Of a DNA stretch of 64,000 nt, positions 49,157 through 58,392 are shown one piece after another; position 1 is the first letter of the stretch, and each line of letters begins with the position of its first letter. The position numbers were made by a program, and so were the translations under genes. The stretch is from the NCBI GenBank assembly GCA_041659325.1, contig JBAZYN010000001.1, positions 3,098 through 67,097 of the forward strand, given 5' to 3'. The notes under the pieces were generated by a model. It saw only the letters and a program-made list of their open reading frames with translations. It was not told where the DNA came from and ran no database searches. This DNA comes from Candidatus Shapirobacteria bacterium (GTDB taxonomy: Bacteria; Patescibacteriota; Microgenomatia; UBA12405).

Positions 49157-49882
49157 ATGAAAGGTTTTATCAGATTTATATTAATCGTTTTAGTTCTTTT
49201 AATCGCTACCCCCATTCTGATTTTAGGCTATCTTGGATTTATTCCAAAATTATCCTCTGTTCTGGGATCCGATAAACCCCGTAACTTAGGAGTTGTCTAT
49301 ACTGATTCCGATCTTAATTCTGTTGTCCAAAAAAACGGGATAGAGATGTCAGAAATGGCCACTTCTTCGGCCGAACCAAAAAATAGTATCAAATATTCCG
49401 GGAGCAAAACTGTCTCCGTTAGCCTTACTTCGGAAGAAATTACTGCATTAAGTAACAGTCCGACCTGGAAATATTACCCCGTCTCAGACATCCAAATAAA
49501 ATTAAACAGTGATGGTTCCGGCGAAGCATCCGGAATCTTAATTCTTGATCGACTCACCGGTTATTTGGGCGCTATTGGTATCTCGCCCGATGTTGCCCAG
49601 ACAGCGGCCGACTATCTAAAAATAAAAGGCAGCACTCCCTTTTATTTCAAAGGTATAGTTTCCGTCCAAAATAACAAAGTATCTCTTGACACTCAAAAAA
49701 TAGAGATAGGTAAACTACCAATCCCTGTCAATTTAGTAAAAGAAAATCAGCATTACTTGGCTCAACTGGCTGAGATCAGAATCGACAGTGTTCCTGGTTT
49801 ATCGGTTAAGTCCTTTAACCTGGTAGGCGGCCGTGTGAATTTTGAAGGTACTTTACCTGAAAAAATTAGCTGGTCCAAATAA
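49157..49882 (+). CDS. Membrane-anchored hypothetical protein
   Basis: N-terminal TM helix; beta-rich extracytoplasmic domain. Confidence 0.4.
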   Translation: MKGFIRFILIVLVLLIATPILILGYLGFIPKLSSVLGSDKPRNLGVVYTDSDLNSVVQKNGIEMSEMATSSAEPKNSIKYSGSKTVSVSLTSEEITALSNSPTWKYYPVSDIQIKLNSDGSGEASGILILDRLTGYLGAIGISPDVAQTAADYLKIKGSTPFYFKGIVSVQNNKVSLDTQKIEIGKLPIPVNLVKENQHYLAQLAEIRIDSVPGLSVKSFNLVGGRVNFEGTLPEKISWSK

Positions 49883-49883
49883 T

Positions 49884-50519
49884 ATGAAGAAAAACATTCC
49901 AATTTTTATTATCGCCCTTTCTTTCTTGTTGGGTTTTTATTTTTACCCCAAGGTTCCTGAACTGGTTGCTACCCACTGGGGAGCCTCCGGCCAGGTCGAT
50001 GGTTATTCCCCAAAGGCATTTGGCCTGTTTTTTATGCCAATTCTTTTAATTGGGCTATATCTGCTTTTTCGTTTCCTGCCATCGACTGATCCCTACAAAA
50101 AAAACTTTAAGCAATTCGAACATCATTTTAACAATTTTGTTGTTATCATCTTTATTTTTTTATTCTACTTATTTTGCCTTACTTTAATTTGGAATTCAGG
50201 TTATCAATTTAATATGGTTCAGTTTCTGGCGCCGGCCTTTGCCCTTCTTTTTTATTACACCGGCGTTTTGACTTCTGTTGCCAAACGTAACTGGTTTGTC
50301 GGCATCCGTACTCCCTGGACCATGAGTAGTGATATCGTTTGGGATAAAACCCATGCTATTGGCGGAAAATTGTTTAAGGCCGTTGGAGTAATATCTCTTG
50401 CCGGTATTCTTTTCCCCGGCTCCGCCGCTCTCCTAATTTTTCTCCCCGTTATTTTTGCCAGTATTTTCGTCTTCGCTTACTCATATTATCTTTATCAAAA
50501 AGAAAACCATGAATCTTAA
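49884..50519 (+). CDS. SdpI/YhfL-family membrane protein (DUF1648 plus SdpI immunity-like)
   Basis: NWFVGIRTPWT signature; 4-6 TM helices. Confidence 0.6.
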   Translation: MKKNIPIFIIALSFLLGFYFYPKVPELVATHWGASGQVDGYSPKAFGLFFMPILLIGLYLLFRFLPSTDPYKKNFKQFEHHFNNFVVIIFIFLFYLFCLTLIWNSGYQFNMVQFLAPAFALLFYYTGVLTSVAKRNWFVGIRTPWTMSSDIVWDKTHAIGGKLFKAVGVISLAGILFPGSAALLIFLPVIFASIFVFAYSYYLYQKENHES

Positions 50520-50910
50520 TGATCTAAAAGAATCAATCGAATCGTCGATTTTAGCCCTGGCTACTTCAACTCCCGACGGCCGGCCAAATTGTATTGCCGT
50601 TGCTTGTTGCAAGGTCATTTCAGACAATCAGGTTTTAATCTCTGATAATTTTTTCAATAAAACCCGGCAAAATTTATTAATCAACAGTCAAGTATCTGTT
50701 GCTTTTTGGGATCCAGAGGACAATCCGGCCGGGAATCGTGGTTATCAACTAAAGGGAGTTGCCCAATATTTAACGCAAGGCAAGTGGAAACAAATTGTAG
50801 ACGCAGATCCCGACAATGAAGGTCTTGCCCACAAGGCCGCCGTTTTAGTAACAGTTACAGAAATTTGGGACCTGGCTAATCCAAAATTACTTTTTAAACA
50901 AGAGGTTTAG
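50509..50910 (+). CDS. Pyridoxamine 5'-phosphate oxidase-like FMN-binding protein
   Basis: Split-barrel pattern (ALATSTPDGRPNCIAVACCKVI...); about 133 aa. Confidence 0.5.
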   Translation: MNLNDLKESIESSILALATSTPDGRPNCIAVACCKVISDNQVLISDNFFNKTRQNLLINSQVSVAFWDPEDNPAGNRGYQLKGVAQYLTQGKWKQIVDADPDNEGLAHKAAVLVTVTEIWDLANPKLLFKQEV

Positions 50911-51873
50911 ATGATTAAACTAGGATCAACTAATATTTCGAAAATTTTCAATCAATCCGGCATGGATGAGTTTGTCCTGAGTCTTGGGTTAACCTCAAAA
51001 AAGGTAATCATCAAACCGAATTGGGTGGACGGTCTGGAAGGTAGCCACACCGAATCAAAAGCCCTTGATATGCTCCTAACATCACTGAATCGTCCCACTG
51101 TCGTCGTCGAGAGCTACACTTTTTGGCGTACCGACAAAGTGTTTCGTAAAGAAGGTGATTATTTTTCTTCTAAAGAGGCCACCATCGAAACCGGAAAAAT
51201 ACACTGGGACTTTTTCAAAAAGCAGGATGAATGGTTTCTTGAAAAAGAAGGTATTGATAAAGTACTAAAAAAACATCAAGCAGAATATTTGAATATCACA
51301 AACGAAGTTTGGTCTGGCGATGTTGTCGATTCAGCAACTATCAAATCTATAGTTGAAGCAAGGTACCCACCCGTAGAATCTAAAGAGTTATATTCCCGTG
51401 TTCCTCAAAAACTTTTTGATCTCCGAGGTTCTAATTTTATTAGTTTTGCTAAAGCCAAAAAAGAACGAGAATACGGAGCCTCTCTGTCTATAAAAAATAA
51501 TTTTGGGCTTATTCCCGATCCACACCGGGGCAAGTATCACGATGGTAATCAACCCGAATCAAAAGTTGCCATTTCTATCTTAGATATCAACAAAATTTAT
51601 CAATCTCTCTTTAAATATCATTTTGTTATCGACGGTATTTACTCTGTCGGCGATATGGATTTTGATACTTTTACTTGTCAAAATTGCCAAAATTGGGGGG
51701 TCATCCTTGGTGGCTCTAATGGTTTAGAAGTTGACCACCTTGGTCTTGCTCTCTTAAATAGCCGGTTCAACGGGCCGATGATTGAAATGGCCAAAAGTTA
51801 TAAATCAATTATTGGTAATTTTGACGAATCAATTCTTGGCCAGATCCCCCCGGAATTAATTATTAAAAATTAA
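50911..51873 (+). CDS. DUF362-like protein
   Basis: VIIKPNWV and KNNFGLIPDPHRGKYH patterns resemble DUF362. Confidence 0.4.
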   Translation: MIKLGSTNISKIFNQSGMDEFVLSLGLTSKKVIIKPNWVDGLEGSHTESKALDMLLTSLNRPTVVVESYTFWRTDKVFRKEGDYFSSKEATIETGKIHWDFFKKQDEWFLEKEGIDKVLKKHQAEYLNITNEVWSGDVVDSATIKSIVEARYPPVESKELYSRVPQKLFDLRGSNFISFAKAKKEREYGASLSIKNNFGLIPDPHRGKYHDGNQPESKVAISILDINKIYQSLFKYHFVIDGIYSVGDMDFDTFTCQNCQNWGVILGGSNGLEVDHLGLALLNSRFNGPMIEMAKSYKSIIGNFDESILGQIPPELIIKN

Positions 51874-51877
51874 ACTA

Positions 51878-52798
51878 ATGAAAATATATCTTCTTTCTCC
51901 TGTTGCTCAGACAATTTTTTCTTCTGACTTTATTGATCAGCTCAAGCCATTTGGTGAAATTATCATCGACAAAGATAGCAAGCCCGTTTCCCAGATCAAA
52001 GATATTACCACTAATGAAGAAAAAATAATTGCCCTCGACCCCGATTTTTGCAGTTGGAAACTAGACAAAACCGACCTAGAGTCAATCCCCAACATCAAAG
52101 CCATTTGCATTCAATCCACCTCATTTAGTTGGATAGATATAGCCTATTGCCAATCGGTTAACATTCCGGTCATTAATATCCGAAATTATTCTACCGAATC
52201 TGTTGCCCAATGGGCCGTCATGATGGCATTAATGGTTGCCCGAAAATTACCTCTTGTCATAAAAAATAATTGGATTGCTGATTTTTCCCTCCACCCCGGT
52301 TTGGAGTTAAAAGACAAAGTTGTTGGGATTATCGGTCTTGGAAATATTGGGAAAAGAATCGCTGAAATTTGTCAAGGTTTTGGCATGAAAGTAATATACT
52401 GGTCAAAAAACTCTGTTGATAGCCGTTTCCAAAAAGTCGAATTGACAGAACTTATGTCTGCGGCAGATGTTATCTTTCCCTGTCTAGCCCAAAATTCTGA
52501 CACCCAAGATATAATTACAGACAACTTAATAATGACCATGAAACCAGTATCAATATTTATAAGCATTGTCCACAAAATTTACAACCATGAACTCTTGCTC
52601 ACTCTGGTTTCTGACAAAAAGATTTACGGTTACGCCTTTGAAGAATCGGAGGGGAATTTTTCAAAATATGACGGTAATATTTTTGCTTCCCCCGAGCTTG
52701 CCTGGTGTACTTCCGAATCCCTGGAACGTAATTTAAAATTTTGGTTGGAAAATATCAAAAATGCAATTAACAATGATTTTTCTAATCGTGTAAATTAA
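51878..52798 (+). CDS. D-isomer-specific 2-hydroxyacid dehydrogenase family protein
   Basis: NAD-binding GIIGLGNIGKRIA; catalytic-domain layout. Confidence 0.7.
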   Translation: MKIYLLSPVAQTIFSSDFIDQLKPFGEIIIDKDSKPVSQIKDITTNEEKIIALDPDFCSWKLDKTDLESIPNIKAICIQSTSFSWIDIAYCQSVNIPVINIRNYSTESVAQWAVMMALMVARKLPLVIKNNWIADFSLHPGLELKDKVVGIIGLGNIGKRIAEICQGFGMKVIYWSKNSVDSRFQKVELTELMSAADVIFPCLAQNSDTQDIITDNLIMTMKPVSIFISIVHKIYNHELLLTLVSDKKIYGYAFEESEGNFSKYDGNIFASPELAWCTSESLERNLKFWLENIKNAINNDFSNRVN

Positions 52799-52801
52799 CC
52801 T

Positions 52802-54265
52802 ATGCACACCAAAAAATTCACCATCATCCACTCAAACGACATGCATGGGGATTTTCTGGCTGAAGTACAGGGAAAAGAGGGGACCACCATTGGTGGCCTG
52901 GCCCTTCTTTCGGGTTATTTAAACAAAGTCAGGTCCGAAGAAAAAAACGTTTTGTATGTTATATCGGGGGATATGGTTCAGGGGTCGTTAATCGATACCG
53001 AATACAAGGGGATTTCCACCATGGAAATTATGAATTATCTTTCCCCTGACGTCGTCGCTCTGGGTAACCACGAGTTCGACTATGGCCTTCCGCACCTTCT
53101 TTTCTTGGAAAAAATGGCCAATTTCCCAATAGTAAATGCCAATCTTTATATCAAAAACTACAACAAGCGCCTGATGAATCCTTATGTAATTCTTAAAAAA
53201 GCCGGATTTCAAATTTTGTTTACCGGTATTATTACCGAAAAGGTAATCGATTCTATTTCCCAGGACAAACTTATTGGCTCCTTTGTCACTCTGGAAGACG
53301 CCTCCAAAGAAGTCGGCAAAATCAGTAACGCCTACAAAAATGATGACATCGACCTTACCATCCTGTTGACTCATATCGGTATCGAATCCGACAAGCAATT
53401 GGCCGGCCTAATAGATCCAAGTTGGGGAGTAGACATAATAATCGGGGGGCACTCTCACACAATTTTGGAAAAACCGGAAAAAATAAACAATATTCTGATT
53501 ACTCAAGCCGGGACTTCTACCAATCAAGTCGGTCGTTTTGACATTACGGTCGACGACGATACAAATTCAATTGTTGACTACAAATGGCAAATGGTCGACA
53601 TTACCTCTGATATCGCTTCGCCCGACCATAAACTTTTAGAGTTTATAGAATCTTTTAAAAACGAAGTCGATTCCAAATATAGTGCCATTATTACCAAGTT
53701 TTCTCAGAAACTTGTCCACCCGGAAAGAACGATTGAAACTCCTCTCGGCAACTTAATCGCTGATATTTTTGCCCAAAATGCCCAGTGCGATGTTATGTTT
53801 TGCGGTAGCGGTGCCGTCAGGTCAAAAGAACTGGGTCCGATTGTCACCTTAAGCGACATTATCAGTTGTTTCCCTTACAACGATTCCATTACCCGATATA
53901 CTATTCAGGGCAGTAAATTAAAAAGAATCTTTTCGCATACAATGAGAATTGAAAACCGCGACGGAGAAGGCGAATGTTATCAGGTTAGTCGTGGTATACA
54001 GGCTACTTACGATGACGGAAATAAGAAACTTGCTTCGCTTACATATAACGGCATACCGGTCGATGATCACAAAACCTACACTATTGCCATGAGTAGCTAT
54101 ACTTTTAATGGTTGTAGTAAATTTCTAAATATTTCGCCCGACGAGATGCTTCAAGATGGCCCGTCAAAAGTAGTTACCACTTCATCGCAGGATGTCCTTA
54201 TCGAGTATCTTCGGTCAAATCAAAATCAGGATTCAAAAATCGAAGGCCGGCTGATTTACAAATAA
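52802..54265 (+). CDS. Bifunctional metallophosphatase / 5'-nucleotidase (UshA-like)
   Basis: HSNDMHG, GNHEFD, GGHSH calcineurin-like motifs; C-terminal 5'-nucleotidase substrate domain. Confidence 0.8.
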   Translation: MHTKKFTIIHSNDMHGDFLAEVQGKEGTTIGGLALLSGYLNKVRSEEKNVLYVISGDMVQGSLIDTEYKGISTMEIMNYLSPDVVALGNHEFDYGLPHLLFLEKMANFPIVNANLYIKNYNKRLMNPYVILKKAGFQILFTGIITEKVIDSISQDKLIGSFVTLEDASKEVGKISNAYKNDDIDLTILLTHIGIESDKQLAGLIDPSWGVDIIIGGHSHTILEKPEKINNILITQAGTSTNQVGRFDITVDDDTNSIVDYKWQMVDITSDIASPDHKLLEFIESFKNEVDSKYSAIITKFSQKLVHPERTIETPLGNLIADIFAQNAQCDVMFCGSGAVRSKELGPIVTLSDIISCFPYNDSITRYTIQGSKLKRIFSHTMRIENRDGEGECYQVSRGIQATYDDGNKKLASLTYNGIPVDDHKTYTIAMSSYTFNGCSKFLNISPDEMLQDGPSKVVTTSSQDVLIEYLRSNQNQDSKIEGRLIYK

Positions 54266-54286
54266 AAAAGTCGTATAATCAGCCCA

Positions 54287-55045
54287 ATGGTGATTATCAA
54301 AACACCCGGGCAAATCATAGGGATCAGACTCTCTAGCCGGTTGGCAGCAGAGACTCTTAACTATCTGGCCGATTTTTTAAAGCCCGGAATTACTACCGGG
54401 GAACTCAACACCTTGGCCCACGACTTTATTCTGTCAAAAGGAGCCATTCCGGCTCCGCTTAATTACAACGGGTTTCCCAAAAGCATTTGTACCTCTGTCA
54501 ACAACGTCGTTTGTCATGGTATTCCTTCAGACACAACTGTTTTAAAAAATGGTGATTTAATCAATCTCGACATCACTACCATCCTAAACGGTTTTTATGG
54601 TGATGTCTCCGCTTCTTATCCGATAGGTCGAGTCTCCCCTCTGGCAACCAAATTATTGCAAGTCACACGGCAATCGCTTGATCTTGCCATAAAATGTTTA
54701 AAGCCGGGACGCTACCTAAACGATTGTATCGGCAAAATAATTGAGCCGTTTGTAAAAAAACACGGTTTCAGCGTTGTTAGGGATTTGGGTGGTCATGGAA
54801 TTGGTTTAAACTTCCACGAAGACCCCTTTGTATTCCACTTTGATACCCACAAAAATGACGTCATTCTAAAACCTGGAATGGTTTTTACCATTGAACCCAT
54901 GGTAAATGCTTCTCCAGAATGGCGGATCACCGTCGACAAAAACGACGGATGGACCATTCGTACTGCCGATGGCTCCTTGTCTTGTCAGTTCGAACACACC
55001 ATTTTAATTACTCCGAATGGTTCGGAAGTATTAACTAAGTTATAA
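54287..55045 (+). CDS. map: Type I methionine aminopeptidase
   Basis: Pita-bread fold with metal ligands in DLINLDIT, GGHGIG, FTIEPM, EHT. Confidence 0.9.
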   Translation: MVIIKTPGQIIGIRLSSRLAAETLNYLADFLKPGITTGELNTLAHDFILSKGAIPAPLNYNGFPKSICTSVNNVVCHGIPSDTTVLKNGDLINLDITTILNGFYGDVSASYPIGRVSPLATKLLQVTRQSLDLAIKCLKPGRYLNDCIGKIIEPFVKKHGFSVVRDLGGHGIGLNFHEDPFVFHFDTHKNDVILKPGMVFTIEPMVNASPEWRITVDKNDGWTIRTADGSLSCQFEHTILITPNGSEVLTKL

Positions 55046-55051
55046 TAAATC

Positions 55052-55891
55052 ATGACCATCCTCGACGGCAAAGCTACTTCTGATAAAATTCTTCGTCACC
55101 TAAAGTCAGAAATTCCAAAATTACAAATTTCACCCTGTTTAGACATAATTCTTATTGGCAAAAATTTGTCTAGCATTAAATATGTGAAAATGAAAGAAAA
55201 AAAAGCCAAAGAGATTGGTATCAATACCAGACTATTTTCTTTTGTCGGTCAAGTCAGCACTCAGGAAATTATTGAAAAAATCAAAAAACTCAATCTTGAT
55301 CCGACATCATCAGGCATTATGGTTCAGCTTCCGCTACCACCGGAATTAGATACCTCACAGATTTTAAACTCCATCGACCCCACCAAAGATGTCGACGGCC
55401 TAACCGCCACCAATCTTGGACTTTTATTTCAAAGAAACCTCTCCGCCATCGCTTCCGCCACCCCGCTTGGTGTTATAAAACTGTTGGAAGAATATAAAAT
55501 TCAAATAAGCGGTAAGAACGCCGTTGTTATTGGTCGTAGTTCAGAAGTGGGTCTTCCGCTTGTGGCCTTATTAATGGCCCAAAATGCCACTGTCACCCTT
55601 TGTCATAGTTTCACCACAGATCTGAAATCAGTATGTAAAAACGCGGATATCTTAATCTCTGCTATCGGCAAGGGTGGATTTATTACCTCCGAATATGTCA
55701 AAAAAGGCGCTGTTGTGGTTGATATTGGGCTAAGCCCAGACGTTCAAACCGGCAAACTAATCGGGGATATCGATTTTGAAAGTGTGGCTACTGTTGCCGG
55801 ATATATAACCCCGGTTCCCGGAGGTGTCGGGCCGATGACAGTTGCATCACTTCTCTGGAATCTCATAAAAGTTGCGTCAACAAATGGGTAA
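55052..55891 (+). CDS. folD: Bifunctional methylenetetrahydrofolate dehydrogenase/cyclohydrolase
   Basis: MTILDGKATSDKI...; VIGRSSEVGLPL, PVPGGVGPMT. Confidence 0.9.
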   Translation: MTILDGKATSDKILRHLKSEIPKLQISPCLDIILIGKNLSSIKYVKMKEKKAKEIGINTRLFSFVGQVSTQEIIEKIKKLNLDPTSSGIMVQLPLPPELDTSQILNSIDPTKDVDGLTATNLGLLFQRNLSAIASATPLGVIKLLEEYKIQISGKNAVVIGRSSEVGLPLVALLMAQNATVTLCHSFTTDLKSVCKNADILISAIGKGGFITSEYVKKGAVVVDIGLSPDVQTGKLIGDIDFESVATVAGYITPVPGGVGPMTVASLLWNLIKVASTNG

Positions 55892-56105
55892 TAGAGATAC
55901 AGAACGTTTTCGCATGTCGTTAGCAGAACTTCATCAACTTCCGGTAGCACAAAGACTGACCAATATAAAACAACTTGACGGAACTATCATTGCCGCAAAT
56001 GCTCTTGGGAGGCTGTCCAACACGGAGTTTGCTAAATTACAGTTGAGACTACAGGTCGAGGCGTCAGAAGCCAACTTACTCTTGTGGCAGCAAGATGACA
56101 TCTGA
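55872..56105 (+). CDS. Small hypothetical protein (77 aa)
   Basis: ORF overlapping the folD 3' end by 20 nt; no motif. Confidence 0.25.
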   Translation: MRQQMGNRDTERFRMSLAELHQLPVAQRLTNIKQLDGTIIAANALGRLSNTEFAKLQLRLQVEASEANLLLWQQDDI

Positions 56106-56126
56106 CGTTATTTGTTAAAATAAATC

Positions 56127-56369
56127 ATGCGAATCCAACTTTTTGATCGCGGTAGCCCCAGAGGCAAACAACTTTTTACCAATTTAGCAGCTTTGTGTAA
56201 ACGTCTCCAAATTGATTATGATCCGGAATATATCAAAGACATGAGCCGCATCTATAGCCAAGGCATCCAGGGAAGCACAGTTCTTATGATTGATAATGAA
56301 GTTGCTTTCGTCGACAAATACCCGTCAATCAAGGAATTAGAGAATATTATTTCTGATTTTATGAAGTAA
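56127..56369 (+). CDS. Thioredoxin-fold small protein (MTH895/TM0980-like) lacking the CxxC motif
   Basis: MRIQLFDRGSPRGKQL where homologues have GTGCxxC; C-terminal VLMIDNEVAFVDKYPSIKELENII resembles the family. Confidence 0.4.
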   Translation: MRIQLFDRGSPRGKQLFTNLAALCKRLQIDYDPEYIKDMSRIYSQGIQGSTVLMIDNEVAFVDKYPSIKELENIISDFMK

Positions 56370-56392
56370 GTCTCCCTTGTCAAAGGGAGATT
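56370..56392. terminator. Hairpin TCTCCCTT-GTCA-AAGGGAGA between convergent genes; weak T-run
   Basis: Perfect 8-bp stem; only TTT follows. Confidence 0.35.
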
Positions 56393-57162
56393 TAGAGGGA
56401 TTTTATCTTAAATAGTCTTCTAGCATTATTGTCAATTATTTTTTCTGCTTCTTCTAAATTAGTTTGCCAAATTTCCGCCACCTTGTTGTATACAAATTTA
56501 ACGTATTCCGGTTTATTTATTTCTCCCCGGTGGGGAACCGGCGTCAGACACGGGCAATCAGTCTCTGCCAACAACCTGTCCCTGGGAATTTCGGATACTA
56601 CCTCATTCAATCCGACCTCATAAGTTATATTCCCGTCAAATCCAAAGTACCAACTTTCTCCCAATCCCAAGACATTTTTAATCCTTTTTTTTCCTCCGGC
56701 ATAACAATGAAAAACCCCGCCGATATCTTTATAATCTTTTAATATCAAAACTACCTCATCCACCGCTTTTCTGGCATGAATAATCAAAGGCAATTTGTAT
56801 TCTTGGGCAATTTCAATTTGTCCCCTGAACAATGCCTCCTGTTCATTCCTACTTCTTTCCTTCTCATTCGGAGGTGGGGTAGAAAAATCAAGTCCACACT
56901 CCCCAATTGCCACGATTACTTTATTGGCTTTTACTAATTCTTCGAGTAACAATAGTTGATCTTTTATAGACTCCCGATTTTGCGGATCGGTACATTGTGG
57001 GTGAATTCCCACACTTGCCCAAAATTGCTTTTTGTCAGCCTGAGCCAGCTCTATGTTTTCTTTTGAATCTTCCAGATTACTCGCCGCCAAAATCACACGG
57101 ACACCGTCAACCTCAACGGATTCACAGAATCTTTTCGATAAATGGGCATGAGTATCAATCAT
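56392..57162 (-). CDS. tatD: TatD-family metal-dependent hydrolase / DNase
   Basis: MIDTHAHL; His/Glu/Asp ligands along the TIM-barrel. Confidence 0.88.
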   Translation of the reverse strand: MIDTHAHLSKRFCESVEVDGVRVILAASNLEDSKENIELAQADKKQFWASVGIHPQCTDPQNRESIKDQLLLLEELVKANKVIVAIGECGLDFSTPPPNEKERSRNEQEALFRGQIEIAQEYKLPLIIHARKAVDEVVLILKDYKDIGGVFHCYAGGKKRIKNVLGLGESWYFGFDGNITYEVGLNEVVSEIPRDRLLAETDCPCLTPVPHRGEINKPEYVKFVYNKVAEIWQTNLEEAEKIIDNNARRLFKIKSL

Positions 57163-57200
57163 GGTACAATCAATATATTACCGTATTCTAACCTATTTTT

Positions 57201-57440
57201 ATGTCTAGAATAGAAGAATTACAAGAAAGGATTAGGCGTCTACTGCCAACCGCACGGAACTGTCCACCTTATCGTCTTGATCGCGATGACTTAATACATT
57301 TTCAAGAGCTACTCGCCAACCCTGATTTAATGGCGACTGCCCGAACGCACACCGCCACCCTTGCAGAGGTACCTGAAACTACCAGAGAAGTAGTTCTGAC
57401 AAGAATAGAACAGAAGCTAAATATAATTGAAAATAGATAG
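57201..57440 (+). CDS. Small hypothetical protein; locally GC-richer
   Basis: ORF with Arg-rich N-terminus; no motif. Confidence 0.3.
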   Translation: MSRIEELQERIRRLLPTARNCPPYRLDRDDLIHFQELLANPDLMATARTHTATLAEVPETTREVVLTRIEQKLNIIENR

Positions 57441-57537
57441 GGCTAATTCTCCCTAAATCGTTCTAATTATCACAGAATATACCAATTGTGATGCAGATAT
57501 AATACACCAAACCAATCTCTATAATTAAATTAAAACA

Positions 57538-58011
57538 ATGTATAAAACTCCAAAAAATAAACGTAACAAAATTTGGGCGGAGTTTGAGGCCGATATCCAA
57601 TCCCGTGCCACCCAAAAAGATAAGAAATTTATTCTATCCGGTAAATGGAAGAAATTTATCAGATTTCAGGACGGTTTCAAGGTTTATGCCGTCGACGGTA
57701 CTTGGATTAGAAACAACATCAGCATTATGTTTGGTCACGGCGGACATGGTTATGTCCATGAGTTTATCCCGCAAAACGAGATATGGATAGCGACTCACCA
57801 TCCCGGGGATAGCCCCAAAGATTTATGCGGCTGTAAAAATGTTTCCGACAGCAAAAAAGTCTCACAAAATTTTTTCGACAGCACCACCCTTCACGAAATC
57901 ACCGAATTTCGTGAAATGAAAAAAGGTAAATCATTTAAAGCCGCTCACCATACTGCTCTGGAAAAAGAAATTGAATCTGGCCTGCTTCCCGACCCTTACA
58001 CGGAGATTTAG
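57538..58011 (+). CDS. Hypothetical protein (His-rich patch HGGHGYVHEF...THH)
   Basis: Coding-like ORF; no confident family. Confidence 0.4.
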   Translation: MYKTPKNKRNKIWAEFEADIQSRATQKDKKFILSGKWKKFIRFQDGFKVYAVDGTWIRNNISIMFGHGGHGYVHEFIPQNEIWIATHHPGDSPKDLCGCKNVSDSKKVSQNFFDSTTLHEITEFREMKKGKSFKAAHHTALEKEIESGLLPDPYTEI

Positions 58012-58319
58012 CTCTTCTTTACTACCTTTTTTACGGCTTTCTTTACTTTTTTCTTAGCCGGATTTTCAATTTTGATCTCAGCTTTCACCGAAACCATTTT
58101 GGAAAACCTGGATTTCATCCGGTTCACTTTATTGTGATGAAAAAGATGACCTTTATCCAATTTATCGAGGAGAGATACGACTTTTATCAGGCCCTCCGAG
58201 GTCGGCTTCTCCTGGAATTTTTTGGCCGTAGATTTAAATTTTTGTTTTAAGACAACATTCGTCTTATGATTTCTTTTGGCTACTCTTAAGGATTTTTTTG
58301 CAGAAAGGCTTATTGGCAT
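58008..58319 (-). CDS. rpsT: 30S ribosomal protein S20 with Lys-rich C-terminal extension
   Basis: SAKKSLRVAKRNHKTNVVLKQKFKSTAKKF; start set at the internal Met (MPISLSAKKS). Confidence 0.8.
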   Translation of the reverse strand: MPISLSAKKSLRVAKRNHKTNVVLKQKFKSTAKKFQEKPTSEGLIKVVSLLDKLDKGHLFHHNKVNRMKSRFSKMVSVKAEIKIENPAKKKVKKAVKKVVKKS

Positions 58320-58392
58320 ATCGGGTATTCTACCCCATATCCAAATTAAATTCAAGAATTCATTGTTACAATTAATCACATATAATTAGCCT

